Shown here: piece after piece, positions 47,879-57,272 of the stretch
Layout of the letters: each line of letters opens with the position of its first letter
Numbering within the stretch: position 1 is the stretch's first letter
From: Candidatus Multivoradales bacterium
GTDB taxonomy: Bacteria > Acidobacteriota > Thermoanaerobaculia > Multivoradales > JAHEKO01
Assembly: GCA_965248055.1 (NCBI GenBank)
Contig: CBDFIJ010000004.1
Span: forward strand, 1,312,001 to 1,376,000
Direction: 5' to 3'
DNA: 64,000 bases
Position numbers and translations under genes: made by a program
The notes under the pieces: generated by a model
Databases searched by the model: none
What the model saw: only the letters and a program-made list of their open reading frames with translations
What the model was told of the DNA's origin: nothing

Positions 47879-49870
47879 ATGACTTTCTTCCTTCGATCTC
47901 TTTGCCTCGCCGGATTGCTCTTGGGTATCGCCAGCGCAGTTACCGGGCAAGCCGGCTCTGCGTCGCCGATTCGCTATCACGCCGACCTCTCTGACCGCGA
48001 CCATCACGAAATGAAGGTGGTGGTCCATTTCACTGACTTGCCGCCCGGGCCTCTCGAAGTCCGCATGAGCCGTACCTCGCCAGGGCGCTATGCGTTGCAT
48101 GAATTTGCCAAGAACGTCTACAACGTTTCGGCGGTCGACGGCGCTGGCAAGGAGCTCAGCATCAGCCAGCCGGATCTGCACCAATGGAACGTTACTGGAC
48201 ACGACGGTACGGTCGAATTTCGCTACACCTTATTCGGCGACCACAGCGACGGCACCTACGCCGCGATCGACGCCAGTCACGCCCATCTCAACGTTCCCGC
48301 TAGCTTTGTTTGGGCCCGTGGCTTGGAAGACCGTCCGATCGAAGTGAAGATCGAAGGCCCGGAGGACTGGCGTATAGCCAGCCAACTGTTCCAGCGCGAA
48401 GACGGGACTCTATCCGCCCCCCACCTCGCTTACTTCATCGATAGTCCAATTGAAGTCAGCGCCTTCGAGTTCTTTGACTGGACGATCGGCGAGGGAGAGG
48501 AGCAACAGACCATTGAACTGGCACTACACCACGAGGGGGAGCTCGCTGAGGCGCAAGTGATCGCGGATCTGGCCCAGTTGGTGGTCGATGAGCAGGTCGC
48601 TACGCTCGGCCAGGCCCCCCGGTTCGATCTGGGTCGATATACCTTTCTGGTGGATGCTCTGCCGTGGGCAAGCGGGGACGCGATGGAGCATCGAAACTCA
48701 ACTATCGTGTCCGCCGATGACCACATCCAACAGCGATCCGATCGCCTCACCGGCGCCATCTCGCATGAATTTTTCCACGCCTGGAATGTCGAACGCATCC
48801 GCCCGACATCCTTAGAGCCGTTTGATCTGGAACACGCCAACGTCTCCCAAGAACTGTGGTTTTCCGAAGGCTTCACCCAATATTACGGCAATCTCACGTT
48901 GGCGCGCATCGGCGTGTTGAGCCTGGAAGAGTTCGCGGAGCGGTTGAGCGCTGCCATTGACCACGTGGTCCGTTCGCCTGGCACCAAGCTGCGTTCACCG
49001 ATTGAAATGAGTACACGGGCTCCGTTTGTCGACGCTGCGACCGCCAACGAACCGACCAATCGAACCAACACCTTCGTCTCTTACTACACCTATGGCGCCG
49101 CGCTCGCTCTCGGCCTCGACTTGCAATTGCGCGCTCAGTTCGAGGCGACGACTCTGGACGACCTGATGGTGGCAGTCTGGCGAGAATTCGGCCGCTCCGA
49201 GACTTCGTTTGAAAACGATGATCTCAGGCTCGCACTGGGCGAAGTCACTGGCAGCACTTCCTTTGCCGACGACTTCTTTCAGCGCTCGGTTTACGGACAC
49301 ACGCCACCCGACTTTGAATCCCTGTTGGCAGCCGTCGGCCTACACCTCCAGGTCAAGAGCCCTGGAGAGGCGTGGCTGGGTCTGACATCGGTTAGCTTTC
49401 AGGAAGCCAATCCCGAGAACAAAGAAAGTCGCGCGGGTCTGCGCGTGATCGACGCCCCGCAAAAAGGCACCCCGGCACATCAAGCCGGGGTCGGACGAGG
49501 CGACCTATTGTTGAAACTCAACGACCAAGATCTCACTGGCGATGACGCGCTCAAGACCATTCTCGATCAACAAGAAGCGGGAGCGACGCTGACACTGGAA
49601 TTCGAAAAACGGGGCGAGACGCGAACGGCCGAAGTTACCTTGATCGAAGATCCAACCTTGGACGTGGTCAGTTTCGAAGCTGCCGACATGCCCGTCAGTA
49701 GTGAAGTGATGGTGCGTCGCAACGCGTGGCTGGCTGCCCGTGCAACGCCAAGCGTAGAACTACTCAAGTACTGCCCGACCACCGGAGAGCCCTATCCATT
49801 CCATTTCCACCATTGCCCGCTTCACGGAAAAGAACTCCAACTGACGCCTCGTACCCGAGAAAACTCATGA
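47879..49870 (+). CDS. M61 glycyl aminopeptidase with PDZ domain
   Basis: SPGRY, DSP.E, MEHRNS, HEFFHAWN..R.RP, LWFSEGFT.YY, SYY..G; C-terminal PDZ and CP..G..CP.HG tail. Confidence 0.9.
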   Translation: MTFFLRSLCLAGLLLGIASAVTGQAGSASPIRYHADLSDRDHHEMKVVVHFTDLPPGPLEVRMSRTSPGRYALHEFAKNVYNVSAVDGAGKELSISQPDLHQWNVTGHDGTVEFRYTLFGDHSDGTYAAIDASHAHLNVPASFVWARGLEDRPIEVKIEGPEDWRIASQLFQREDGTLSAPHLAYFIDSPIEVSAFEFFDWTIGEGEEQQTIELALHHEGELAEAQVIADLAQLVVDEQVATLGQAPRFDLGRYTFLVDALPWASGDAMEHRNSTIVSADDHIQQRSDRLTGAISHEFFHAWNVERIRPTSLEPFDLEHANVSQELWFSEGFTQYYGNLTLARIGVLSLEEFAERLSAAIDHVVRSPGTKLRSPIEMSTRAPFVDAATANEPTNRTNTFVSYYTYGAALALGLDLQLRAQFEATTLDDLMVAVWREFGRSETSFENDDLRLALGEVTGSTSFADDFFQRSVYGHTPPDFESLLAAVGLHLQVKSPGEAWLGLTSVSFQEANPENKESRAGLRVIDAPQKGTPAHQAGVGRGDLLLKLNDQDLTGDDALKTILDQQEAGATLTLEFEKRGETRTAEVTLIEDPTLDVVSFEAADMPVSSEVMVRRNAWLAARATPSVELLKYCPTTGEPYPFHFHHCPLHGKELQLTPRTRENS

Positions 49871-50271
49871 GCACCCCCCACATCCCCAGCGCCGAATTCA
49901 GCTTCAAAACCGCCCGCTCCTCCGGTCCGGGCGGCCAGAACGTCAACAAAGTGGAGACCAAGGTCACCCTGTTGTTTGACCTCGACCACTCCCCCAACCT
50001 CACCGACCAACAAAAGGAAAAGATTCGCTTGGCGATGCCCGGCAGGATTAACAAAGAGGACGTCCTACGCGTCACCTCTAGCAAGTACCGCAGCCAATCC
50101 GCCAACCGCGAAGCCGCAACCGAGCGCTTCTATGACTTGATCGGCGGGGCACTGGCACCACGGAAAAGTAGGCGCAAAACTCGACCATCACGCAAAGCCA
50201 AAAAAAAGAGACTGGAGAGTAAGAGGAAGCGGTCAGAGGTCAAGCGGCTACGCCGGAAACCAAATACCTAG
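49867..50271 (+). CDS. arfB: Alternative ribosome-rescue factor B
   Basis: RSSGPGGQNVNK, RSQ..NR, basic C-terminal tail; ATGA coupling. Confidence 0.93.
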   Translation: MSTPHIPSAEFSFKTARSSGPGGQNVNKVETKVTLLFDLDHSPNLTDQQKEKIRLAMPGRINKEDVLRVTSSKYRSQSANREAATERFYDLIGGALAPRKSRRKTRPSRKAKKKRLESKRKRSEVKRLRRKPNT

Positions 50272-50313
50272 CCTCAAGAATCCGAAAAACTATGCAGGAT
50301 ATTCATCTGAAGG

Positions 50314-50727
50314 CTAAGAACGCCATTTAGTCCATCCTGCCCCACCCAGAAAACCAGCAGTGGCCGATCCAACAACTTTCACAAAATCCGCAAAATATTC
50401 ACTGTGTTGCTCAAGGATATAAACACCGAAACCTAGTATTGACAATAGCAATCCGAAGACCATCCATTTGGTTTCTCGCCGATTTGAATGCTCTTTGTCT
50501 TCAAGATCTTTGATATTTTCAAGATATATGCGAGCGTCGCCTGGCTCCATCTTGTCGAAGATTGGATGGTGATTAGTCGATCCGGTAATCGATAGAAGTT
50601 GAGTTAATTTTTTGATTATCGCTGGTTGGGCGACATCCAGTAATTCACCCTCCGCGACCTCGCTCTCTTCTTCTGCTGCAACACTGGCAATCTGTGCGTC
50701 ACCGCCACCTGCCATCTTATTGGTCAA
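50314..50727 (-). CDS. Hypothetical two-TM membrane protein (DUF2335-like layout)
   Basis: Acidic N-terminus, two C-terminal TM helices, low GC. Confidence 0.55.
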   Translation of the reverse strand: MTNKMAGGGDAQIASVAAEEESEVAEGELLDVAQPAIIKKLTQLLSITGSTNHHPIFDKMEPGDARIYLENIKDLEDKEHSNRRETKWMVFGLLLSILGFGVYILEQHSEYFADFVKVVGSATAGFLGGAGWTKWRS

Positions 50728-50978
50728 AGAGGATACCTCTTAATAAACTGACTACTGCGACGTAAGTGATGCTCCATCGTAGCAGCAGCAGCAGCCCCTG
50801 CTAGCGAACGAAGGAGCCTCACCAAAACTTCATTAGGAATAGAAGCAATAATTGCTTCAAGCTCGCGTTCACTCAGGCGTCGCGTCCCTGATGGCCGTCG
50901 ATATGGAGAAATGCCGTCAAGCGTACGCTCCCTTATCGCATCTTTATGCGTGCCATTTAAGGATGAAGACATTCTCAT
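50724..50978 (-). CDS. Hypothetical 84-aa protein
   Basis: GGGAG RBS upstream; 4-nt overlap with the downstream ORF. Confidence 0.45.
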   Translation of the reverse strand: MRMSSSLNGTHKDAIRERTLDGISPYRRPSGTRRLSERELEAIIASIPNEVLVRLLRSLAGAAAAATMEHHLRRSSQFIKRYPL

Positions 50979-51299
50979 TTGTGCTCCCTTTGCCGTACGA
51001 TCCTCGTACGAACAAGTGAGGGTATCACGGCCCTCAATTCGGTAACGCGGCGCTTGTAGCTTTCATTCCATTTTCACCGTAAGTCTTTTCGAGACTATTA
51101 CCTACAAGCCAAAAGATCAAATGCAAACTTCGATCCGACTATCAAAAATCCTGGTTCTCGTTTTCGTGTGCAATAGAGCAAGAAACTCCAATTTTCCGTA
51201 CGAAGAATATGGAACAGTTTTCGAAAACACACATAAATACGGGCACGAACTCATTAGATTGCTCAACCGCATTCCCAAGGTCCTCTTTCTCCGCAACTT

Positions 51300-52085
51300 T
51301 CATCGCCAATTCGGCGGTTTCTTAGTCTCCAGAAACGTGGCGATGCCGTGTTTGCAATCGTCTGTCATACGCGCTTTAGCGTTGGCGCGCTCGGCAGCGA
51401 TCAGGGCATCGTCCAGCGGTCGTCCATAGACTTCCAACAGCAATCTCTTGGTACCAGCGATGGATTCCGAACTCGCGGTGGTGAGGATCTCGTCGGCCAA
51501 TGCCCCCGCAGCGACGCGAAGATCGTCGTTCGGCACTACGCGGTTGGCCAAACCCATTTCCAGCGCTTTGTCGGCGGCGACAAACTGGGGATTGAGCAAC
51601 ATCTCGCGTAGATCTCGACCGCTGACTCGCATCGGCAAGTAGGTGGCGACCAATGCCGCGACAAAACCGATCCGTACCTCGCTGTAGAGAAAACGGGAGG
51701 ACTCTGCGGCAACGACAAAATCGTGAGCGGTGGCGAGACCACAGCCGCCAGCGACGCAAGACCCCTGTACCAGGGCGATGGTCAAGGCTTCCTGGCGCAG
51801 GACCGCCTCAAACAATCTGCGTAGCTTGCGCGAATCTCGGGCGTTGTCCTCTTCCCCAGCGTCCTTGAGCGAAGCCAAGTGCCCGAGGTCGGCGCCCGCG
51901 GAAAAATGCTTTCCCGCCCCGCTGAGCAGGATCGCCCGCACCCCATCGCTGCGCCAGTCTTTGCAGTAGATCTCCGTCAGCGCCGAGATCAGAGCGGGAG
52001 AAAGCGCGTTGGCTTTGTCTGGTTGGTTGAGAGTGACCCAAAGCAGGTCATCTTGACGTTGTGTTAGCGCAAGGTCGTTCGCCAT
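51300..52085 (-). CDS. Enoyl-CoA hydratase/isomerase (methylglutaconyl-CoA hydratase-like)
   Basis: LN.P.KANAL, FSAGADL, AGGCGL, SEVRIG, GI..FLE.K.P.W. Confidence 0.88.
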   Translation of the reverse strand: MANDLALTQRQDDLLWVTLNQPDKANALSPALISALTEIYCKDWRSDGVRAILLSGAGKHFSAGADLGHLASLKDAGEEDNARDSRKLRRLFEAVLRQEALTIALVQGSCVAGGCGLATAHDFVVAAESSRFLYSEVRIGFVAALVATYLPMRVSGRDLREMLLNPQFVAADKALEMGLANRVVPNDDLRVAAGALADEILTTASSESIAGTKRLLLEVYGRPLDDALIAAERANAKARMTDDCKHGIATFLETKKPPNWR

Positions 52086-52285
52086 GTTGTAAGCCTATCG
52101 CGGCTGGCTCTTAGGAGTGGCTCCCGGGCTCATTTTCTTGTTCAGAGAGACCCCCTGGGCCTCCGCAACTAAACGGCAGGGGATATCCAAATTGTAGGTT
52201 CGTTGCCGGGAAAACGACCGGCAACTCAAAGCATTTTAACCACCGGACTAAAGATGAGACCAGACTGACCTTCTTCGCGGTATCC

Positions 52286-52504
52286 TCATGGCTGGTTACC
52301 GTGGCCTCGGGGGGTTGTCGGTTTGCGTGTCAACTCTGTCCTGCCTCGGAAAAAGACCCATTGAAGAAGTGAACATAGCCTCTGACGGATCGAGCCGGGA
52401 GCATTGCACGCTCCCAAGCCTCCCGCGACAGCGAGAGCAACCGCAAATGTGGTCATCACTAGGTTCGCGTAGGGACCCGAAGGAACCCTTGCGAGGATGT
52501 CCAT
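52286..52504 (-). CDS. Small hypothetical membrane protein (72 aa)
   Basis: GGAGG RBS 5 nt before ATG; one hydrophobic stretch; divergent from the XRE pair. Confidence 0.4.
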   Translation of the reverse strand: MDILARVPSGPYANLVMTTFAVALAVAGGLGACNAPGSIRQRLCSLLQWVFFRGRTELTRKPTTPRGHGNQP

Positions 52505-52633
52505 GAAAACCTCCATAGCCAGACCTTGCGGTCCGGAGTTACGGGCAGCCTGGCCCCAATGACGCCACCATACCGAATTGGAATAATAAAGTCCAATTTT
52601 GGCTACCCGTCTCCAGGGTGCGAGGGTCGGGCC

Positions 52634-53023
52634 ATGGGCCGCTCCACTCGTCGCCGCGAATACCGCGCCTTGGTCGCTCGTCTGAAAGCCGCTCGTTTGA
52701 AAGTTCAAATGACCCAGCAAAGCGTCGCCGATGCCTTGGGAACTACACAGGTCTTTATCTCGCGGGTTGAAAGAGCTCAACGCCGCATCGACCCGATTGA
52801 GTTGGCAGAGTTCGCCGCCATTTATCAAACCACGGTGAACGCCCTGCTGCCCGACGTCGCTCTCGGCGCCGAGCGCCGTCAGCGGATCGAAACGGTGGTG
52901 GATCTCAGCCGCGACGAGTACCAGCGGCTGTTAGCCCAAGCCGAGTCCTTGGGTCAAAGCCCAGAATCGCTGATCGCCGAAATGGTGGTCCAATACGCGC
53001 ACACGCCCGAAGATCTCGATTAG
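52634..53023 (+). CDS. XRE-HTH regulator with C-terminal ribbon-helix-helix-like domain (copy 1)
   Basis: RLKAAR...MTQ..VA..LG.TQ..ISRVE...RRIDPIEL; C-terminal VVDLS.DEY.RL...A...GQSPESLI. Confidence 0.85.
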   Translation: MGRSTRRREYRALVARLKAARLKVQMTQQSVADALGTTQVFISRVERAQRRIDPIELAEFAAIYQTTVNALLPDVALGAERRQRIETVVDLSRDEYQRLLAQAESLGQSPESLIAEMVVQYAHTPEDLD

Positions 53024-53152
53024 AGAGAAAGCGGTAAGACCGGCCAGACCTCGGCTCCAGCGCTTAGAAGCGCTGCGTTAAGCAATCGAATGCGATAACC
53101 GCATAATAAGTCTCATTTGGGCTACTCCAATCTGGGATGCAAGGGTCAGTGC

Positions 53153-53539
53153 ATGGGTCGCACTACCCGTCGTCACGAATACCGAGCTCTGCTTGGTCGG
53201 CTGAAGGAGGCTCGCTCCAAGGCACGAATGACCCAGCAGGAGGTCGCCGAGACCTTGGAAACCACGCAAGTCTTTGTTTCTCGAGTCGAGCGTGGAGAAC
53301 GGCGCCTCGACCCGATTGAGTTGGCCGAGTTCGCCGCTGTCTACGGCACAACTGTCAGCGCGCTGTTACCCGACGTCACCCTCGGATCCGAACGACGACA
53401 ACGGGTGGAAGCGGTGGTCGACATGAGCCAGGAAGAGTACGAACGATTGCTGGCCAAAGCCAAGTCCGAGGGCCAGAGCCCCGAATCCTTGATCACCGAG
53501 ATGGTATTGGACTACGCCCATCAGGCGGGCGACTCCTAG
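53153..53539 (+). CDS. XRE-HTH regulator with C-terminal ribbon-helix-helix-like domain (copy 2)
   Basis: About 70% identical to copy 1 by manual alignment. Confidence 0.85.
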   Translation: MGRTTRRHEYRALLGRLKEARSKARMTQQEVAETLETTQVFVSRVERGERRLDPIELAEFAAVYGTTVSALLPDVTLGSERRQRVEAVVDMSQEEYERLLAKAKSEGQSPESLITEMVLDYAHQAGDS

Positions 53540-53710
53540 TTAGCTATCACTCAGCCTAAGATCCACAGACTCATTTTCCATATCGCGCTCTCTTACACAG
53601 GGACGCTCCGAAGAATTACCCAGGAGAAATTCACTCCAGAACAGATCCAATCTGATACATAGTGAAACAAAGTATCTTGCGCCACGTACACCATAGGAGC
53701 AAGGTCACCG

Positions 53711-54055
53711 ATGAATCAACACCGAGAACTCAAACGCGGCACCCTAGAAATGGTGCTGCTGCGCATCCTGGCCGACGGCCCCACCTATGGCTACCAGTTG
53801 GTCAGTCAGTTGGCAGAGCGATCAGACGGCCTGTTTGGGCTCAAGGAAGGGACTCTGTACCCGGTGCTCTACCGCCTGGATGACACCGGGATGATTGAGC
53901 CCGAGTGGAGAAATCCCGAGCGCGGCGTACCGCGCAAGTACTACCGCCTAACCCCGGCGGGCCGAGAGCGGCTCGCCGACTTGGAAACCCGCTGGCGTCA
54001 GTTCGCCGGCGCCGTCGACAGCATTCTGACTTCTGGCTCGGAGGAAACATCATGA
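53711..54055 (+). CDS. PadR-family regulator
   Basis: GTLEM..L..L...P.YGY, EGTLYP.L.RL, RKYY.LT..G. Confidence 0.93.
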   Translation: MNQHRELKRGTLEMVLLRILADGPTYGYQLVSQLAERSDGLFGLKEGTLYPVLYRLDDTGMIEPEWRNPERGVPRKYYRLTPAGRERLADLETRWRQFAGAVDSILTSGSEETS

Positions 54056-54684
54056 GTATGGAACAACGCTACATCGAATCGGTCCACGCCAACGTCCTAG
54101 CCTCGGAGGAGGACTGGAAGACTCTGAAAGAAGATTTGCGCCAGCACTTCGTAGCCGGCACCGACGATGGCAAGACCTTCGCCCAAACCATTCAACGACT
54201 CGGTAAGCCAGAGGAGGTCGCGGCTTCCTTCATGGCCGAGCGCAAACTCAACTACGCCGGACTGTGGATCCGAGGTTTGGCATTCGTCATCGATCTATGT
54301 GCGCTGGTCGCCACCACCGCGGTAGTAGCGATTCCAGTCTTGGCCATCGTTCTACCCTGGATGGAGGAGATCGAATCCGGGCGTATTCACTCTGTCGTCG
54401 CTCCCGTGATCGGCTTACCGGTGGGTTTGGCACTGGTCGGTCTGTGGCTCGCGTACTTCCCGGTCGCCGAAGCTCGTTTTGGCAAGACCCTGGGCAAGCA
54501 TCTACTGAGGCTACGAGTTGTGCAGGAGAGCGGAATCGCGGTCACCCTGGGCAAAGCCTTTATTCGCCGCCTGCCGTTTTACCTGAAAATCGCAGTTATT
54601 GACGCACTGTTTACCCCGTTTACCGAGAAGAAACAGCGAGCCTTCGACATCGTGGCGCGAACGGTGGTGGTCCATGAACCGTAG
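54052..54684 (+). CDS. RDD-family membrane protein with N-terminal HAAS-like domain
   Basis: RLGKPEEVA, YAG.W.R..AF.ID, GKTLGK, QR.FD..A.T.VV; ATGA coupling to padR. Confidence 0.85.
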   Translation: MSMEQRYIESVHANVLASEEDWKTLKEDLRQHFVAGTDDGKTFAQTIQRLGKPEEVAASFMAERKLNYAGLWIRGLAFVIDLCALVATTAVVAIPVLAIVLPWMEEIESGRIHSVVAPVIGLPVGLALVGLWLAYFPVAEARFGKTLGKHLLRLRVVQESGIAVTLGKAFIRRLPFYLKIAVIDALFTPFTEKKQRAFDIVARTVVVHEP

Positions 54685-54811
54685 GAATCCACACGTTAAC
54701 AATGTTCAAAGACGGCAGGGGACAATCCCCTCCCTTGCTTCACCGGAGCTGGCCACTCACCGTTTTCGCCGGGATCTCGGATCTTCCTCTCAAAAGCCCT
54801 TGTTCTCCGAC

Positions 54812-55337
54812 TCAGTCCGCCTCGGCCGGCTCAAGCCGGACAGCGATCACTCTAACTCCAAGCGTGCGTGGTTTCTTGCTCGACGTTTGCCATCCCTTCT
54901 TGCTCTTGATCATCACAAGGGCAGCCTCTCCCGGCGCCAGCGGTTCCAAGGATACAAATTGCCCTCCAGGTCGCTCAAACGCTAGGCCCCTACGAACACC
55001 GCGCTGATCCACGCTCACCTCAACTGGGAATTCGGCATCTTTTCGATTGATGGCGAGATGCAATCTTGGCCGCACCAACCTGTGCAAATGTATCCGCCCC
55101 GAGTAGATAGACAAACTCATCGGCAATGCCCGGACGGGGGATTCCGGTAACCATCGCGACCCCTATCGCCCCGAGAACGGTGGCGAAAGCGAGTACAACC
55201 ATGGCTACGGGAGGTCGACTCTCCAACTTTGCCAGAATCCCTCTGAAAGCTTTGTACAATACGTCGCGACGGCTCGACGCCTTCTCTTTCCGCACTGCTG
55301 CGTATCCTAGGTGGTCACTACTCTGTCGCCAAGCCAA
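54812..55337 (-). pseudogene. Internally deleted membrane glycosyltransferase-like gene remnant
   Basis: TM plus PRPGIADEFVYLLGADTFA (GT-C-like first-loop DE motif) abuts, in another frame, a C-terminal beta-domain ending PRTLGVRV. Confidence 0.5.
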
Positions 55338-55351
55338 GCGCCTAGATAACT

Positions 55352-55684
55352 CTATCCCAACAACTTGTTGGGGACTTCCAGCTCCATGGTCAACAAACCT
55401 TGTCCGTGGGTCTTGCCCTGGGCGTCGGTCTTGAGGCTCTCGGTGCCGCCGCCGCCGAGGGAGTCGTGAAGAATGAAGTTAAGCGCTTTGAGATTGGGGA
55501 TCTCGTAGCGGTCGACCTCGCCGAAACAGACCTGGCTAAAGTGCTCTTTGACCCGCTCTGCTGTCAGTTCAGCGCGCAGAAATTCATAGATCGCTTGGTT
55601 CTTGGCGATGATGCCAACGTTGGAGCCGTCGCCTTTATCACCGGAGCGGGCGTTGGCGATTTCGTAGAGACGGGTGGTGGCCAT
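55352..55684 (-). CDS. AtuA-related ferredoxin-like small protein
   Basis: ARSGDKGD..NVG, V.RYE.P.L.ALNF, LGGGG..SL..D.QGK. Confidence 0.88.
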   Translation of the reverse strand: MATTRLYEIANARSGDKGDGSNVGIIAKNQAIYEFLRAELTAERVKEHFSQVCFGEVDRYEIPNLKALNFILHDSLGGGGTESLKTDAQGKTHGQGLLTMELEVPNKLLG

Positions 55685-57054
55685 TAGACACTCTCTACAG
55701 TCACTTGGACATCCTTCTCCACTTCGTCCCGCGCCAACAGTGCTGGCCAGTAAGCCATCACCCGCTGCGGCTTGGGGCGACCGCCAGCAAAGCCGGTTAC
55801 CCCTGGTGGCCCAGAGGTCACCAGCGGGGCGATCTCCTTGCCGAAGCGCTCGACCTTGGCAAAGTCGGTATCCCGAACCCCCAGACGCAATACCACCTCG
55901 GGCGGATCTTCGGGGGCAGCCAAGATGCCGGGCAGACAGGAATCGACGCCCAGATATTCCTCCGAGCGATTCTCAGGCGCAAAATCGACTCCGGCACGTT
56001 CCAGTCGCTTCCACACCACTTCGGCAGACAGCTTGGCCTTTTCGATCGCCTGCGGACCGACGATGGTCACTTGACCAGAGGCTTTGAAACCCGCCAGATA
56101 GGTCGCAGAGAGCTTGAGTGAGTCGGTGCGCGGTAGGCCTTGAATCCCCGACACCCGAACCCGGTTCTCACCCTCCTGTGTCAGGTGCGCCGAGGTGAAG
56201 TCCGCGATCACGTCCGGGGTGATGTAGCCGTCGGGATCACCCATCTCGTAGAGCAACTGCTCAGAAACGGTATCCACGGTCACCATGCCGCCGGTTCCGG
56301 GATGCTTAGTGACAACAAATTCGCCACTTTCTTCCGCCTCGATCACCGGATAGCCGACGTTCCAAAGATCCGGCACTTCCCACCAACGACTGAAGTTGCC
56401 GCCGGTACACTGCGGACCGCACTCGATAATGTGACCGGCGATGGTGCCTGCTGCCAAGCGATTCCAATCGTCGGTAGCCCAACCGAACTCGTGCATCAGT
56501 GGAGCCAGGGCGAGCGCGGTATCGGTGACCCGGCCACAGAGCACAATGTCAGCACCTTGAGCGAGCGCGTCGACCACACCCCGTGCCCCCAAATAGGCAT
56601 TGGCACTGGAAAAGCTGTCCAGCAACGGCTCCATCGGCTCACCCGTCTCCATATTTTTCATCGCGTGGCCGCGGCCAATCAACTCGGCCAACTGATCGAG
56701 AACGTCGTCGCCCTCGACCACTCCAACCTTGAGATCGGTAATGCCCAGGTCACGCGCGACCTGAAACACCCCTTCGCGGCAACCCACCGGATTCAAGCCC
56801 CCGGCATTGGTGATGATCTTCACCCCGCGCTGACGAATCTCGGGCAGAGTACGACGGATGAAGTCGACAAAGTCGCGGGCGAATCCCGCTGACGGATCGC
56901 GCAGCTTCTGACGCATCATGATCGAGAGCGTCACTTCCGCTAAGTAATCCAGCCCCATGTAGTCAATCGGGCCGCCACGCAATAGGTCCACCGGAGCGTC
57001 AATAGAATCGCCCCAAAATCCCTGTCCATTGGCTATGCGTACGGTCTTACTCAC
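55684..57054 (-). CDS. Acyclic terpene utilization AtuA-family protein (DUF1446)
   Basis: RIANGQGFWGD, DYLAE.T, SANAYLG, GRVTD, GHIIECG.Q.TGGN, EQLLYE. Confidence 0.92.
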   Translation of the reverse strand: MSKTVRIANGQGFWGDSIDAPVDLLRGGPIDYMGLDYLAEVTLSIMMRQKLRDPSAGFARDFVDFIRRTLPEIRQRGVKIITNAGGLNPVGCREGVFQVARDLGITDLKVGVVEGDDVLDQLAELIGRGHAMKNMETGEPMEPLLDSFSSANAYLGARGVVDALAQGADIVLCGRVTDTALALAPLMHEFGWATDDWNRLAAGTIAGHIIECGPQCTGGNFSRWWEVPDLWNVGYPVIEAEESGEFVVTKHPGTGGMVTVDTVSEQLLYEMGDPDGYITPDVIADFTSAHLTQEGENRVRVSGIQGLPRTDSLKLSATYLAGFKASGQVTIVGPQAIEKAKLSAEVVWKRLERAGVDFAPENRSEEYLGVDSCLPGILAAPEDPPEVVLRLGVRDTDFAKVERFGKEIAPLVTSGPPGVTGFAGGRPKPQRVMAYWPALLARDEVEKDVQVTVESV

Positions 57055-57140
57055 AGGTCTAAGGGTAGCACCTGTTTGACGGCGTTTAAGTCGCATCTTC
57101 AGAGGGAGCCGGTATGACTTACTGGTTCAGAATCCGGACA

Positions 57141-57184
57141 ATTTAGTTCACTATTTGAACTAAATAGGTCTATTTTCGTATAAT
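57141..57184 (+). promoter_or_regulatory. Sigma70-type promoter overlapped by a 10-5-10 palindrome
   Basis: ATTTAGTTCA-ctatt-TGAACTAAAT (57141-57165); TTGAAC 57155-57160, 18 nt, TATAAT 57179-57184. Confidence 0.6.
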
Positions 57185-57219
57185 CCATGCACCCACCGGT
57201 TGCTTTATGCCACCGGCCC

Positions 57220-57261
57220 AAGAGCCGCACGGGTTAGACCCGTCGCGGCTTTTGCTTTTTT
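57220..57261 (+). terminator. Intrinsic-terminator-like hairpin upstream of the NYN gene
   Basis: AAGAGCCGC-ACGGGT-tag-ACCCGT-c-GCGGCTTTT followed by GCTTTTTT. Confidence 0.65.
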
Positions 57262-57272
57262 GAAGGAGCGGC

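Noticed and set aside
52190-52275. Possible c-di-GMP-type riboswitch around the GTTGCCGG-N8-CCGGCAAC hairpin
   Set aside because: Only a loose resemblance; the GCAAAC/GACGCAAA core is absent. An Rfam scan would be needed.
57125-57165. LexA box (GTTC-N7-GTTC type) at the NYN promoter
   Set aside because: The site is an inverted GTTC-N7-GAAC, not the direct repeat; the regulator is left unassigned.
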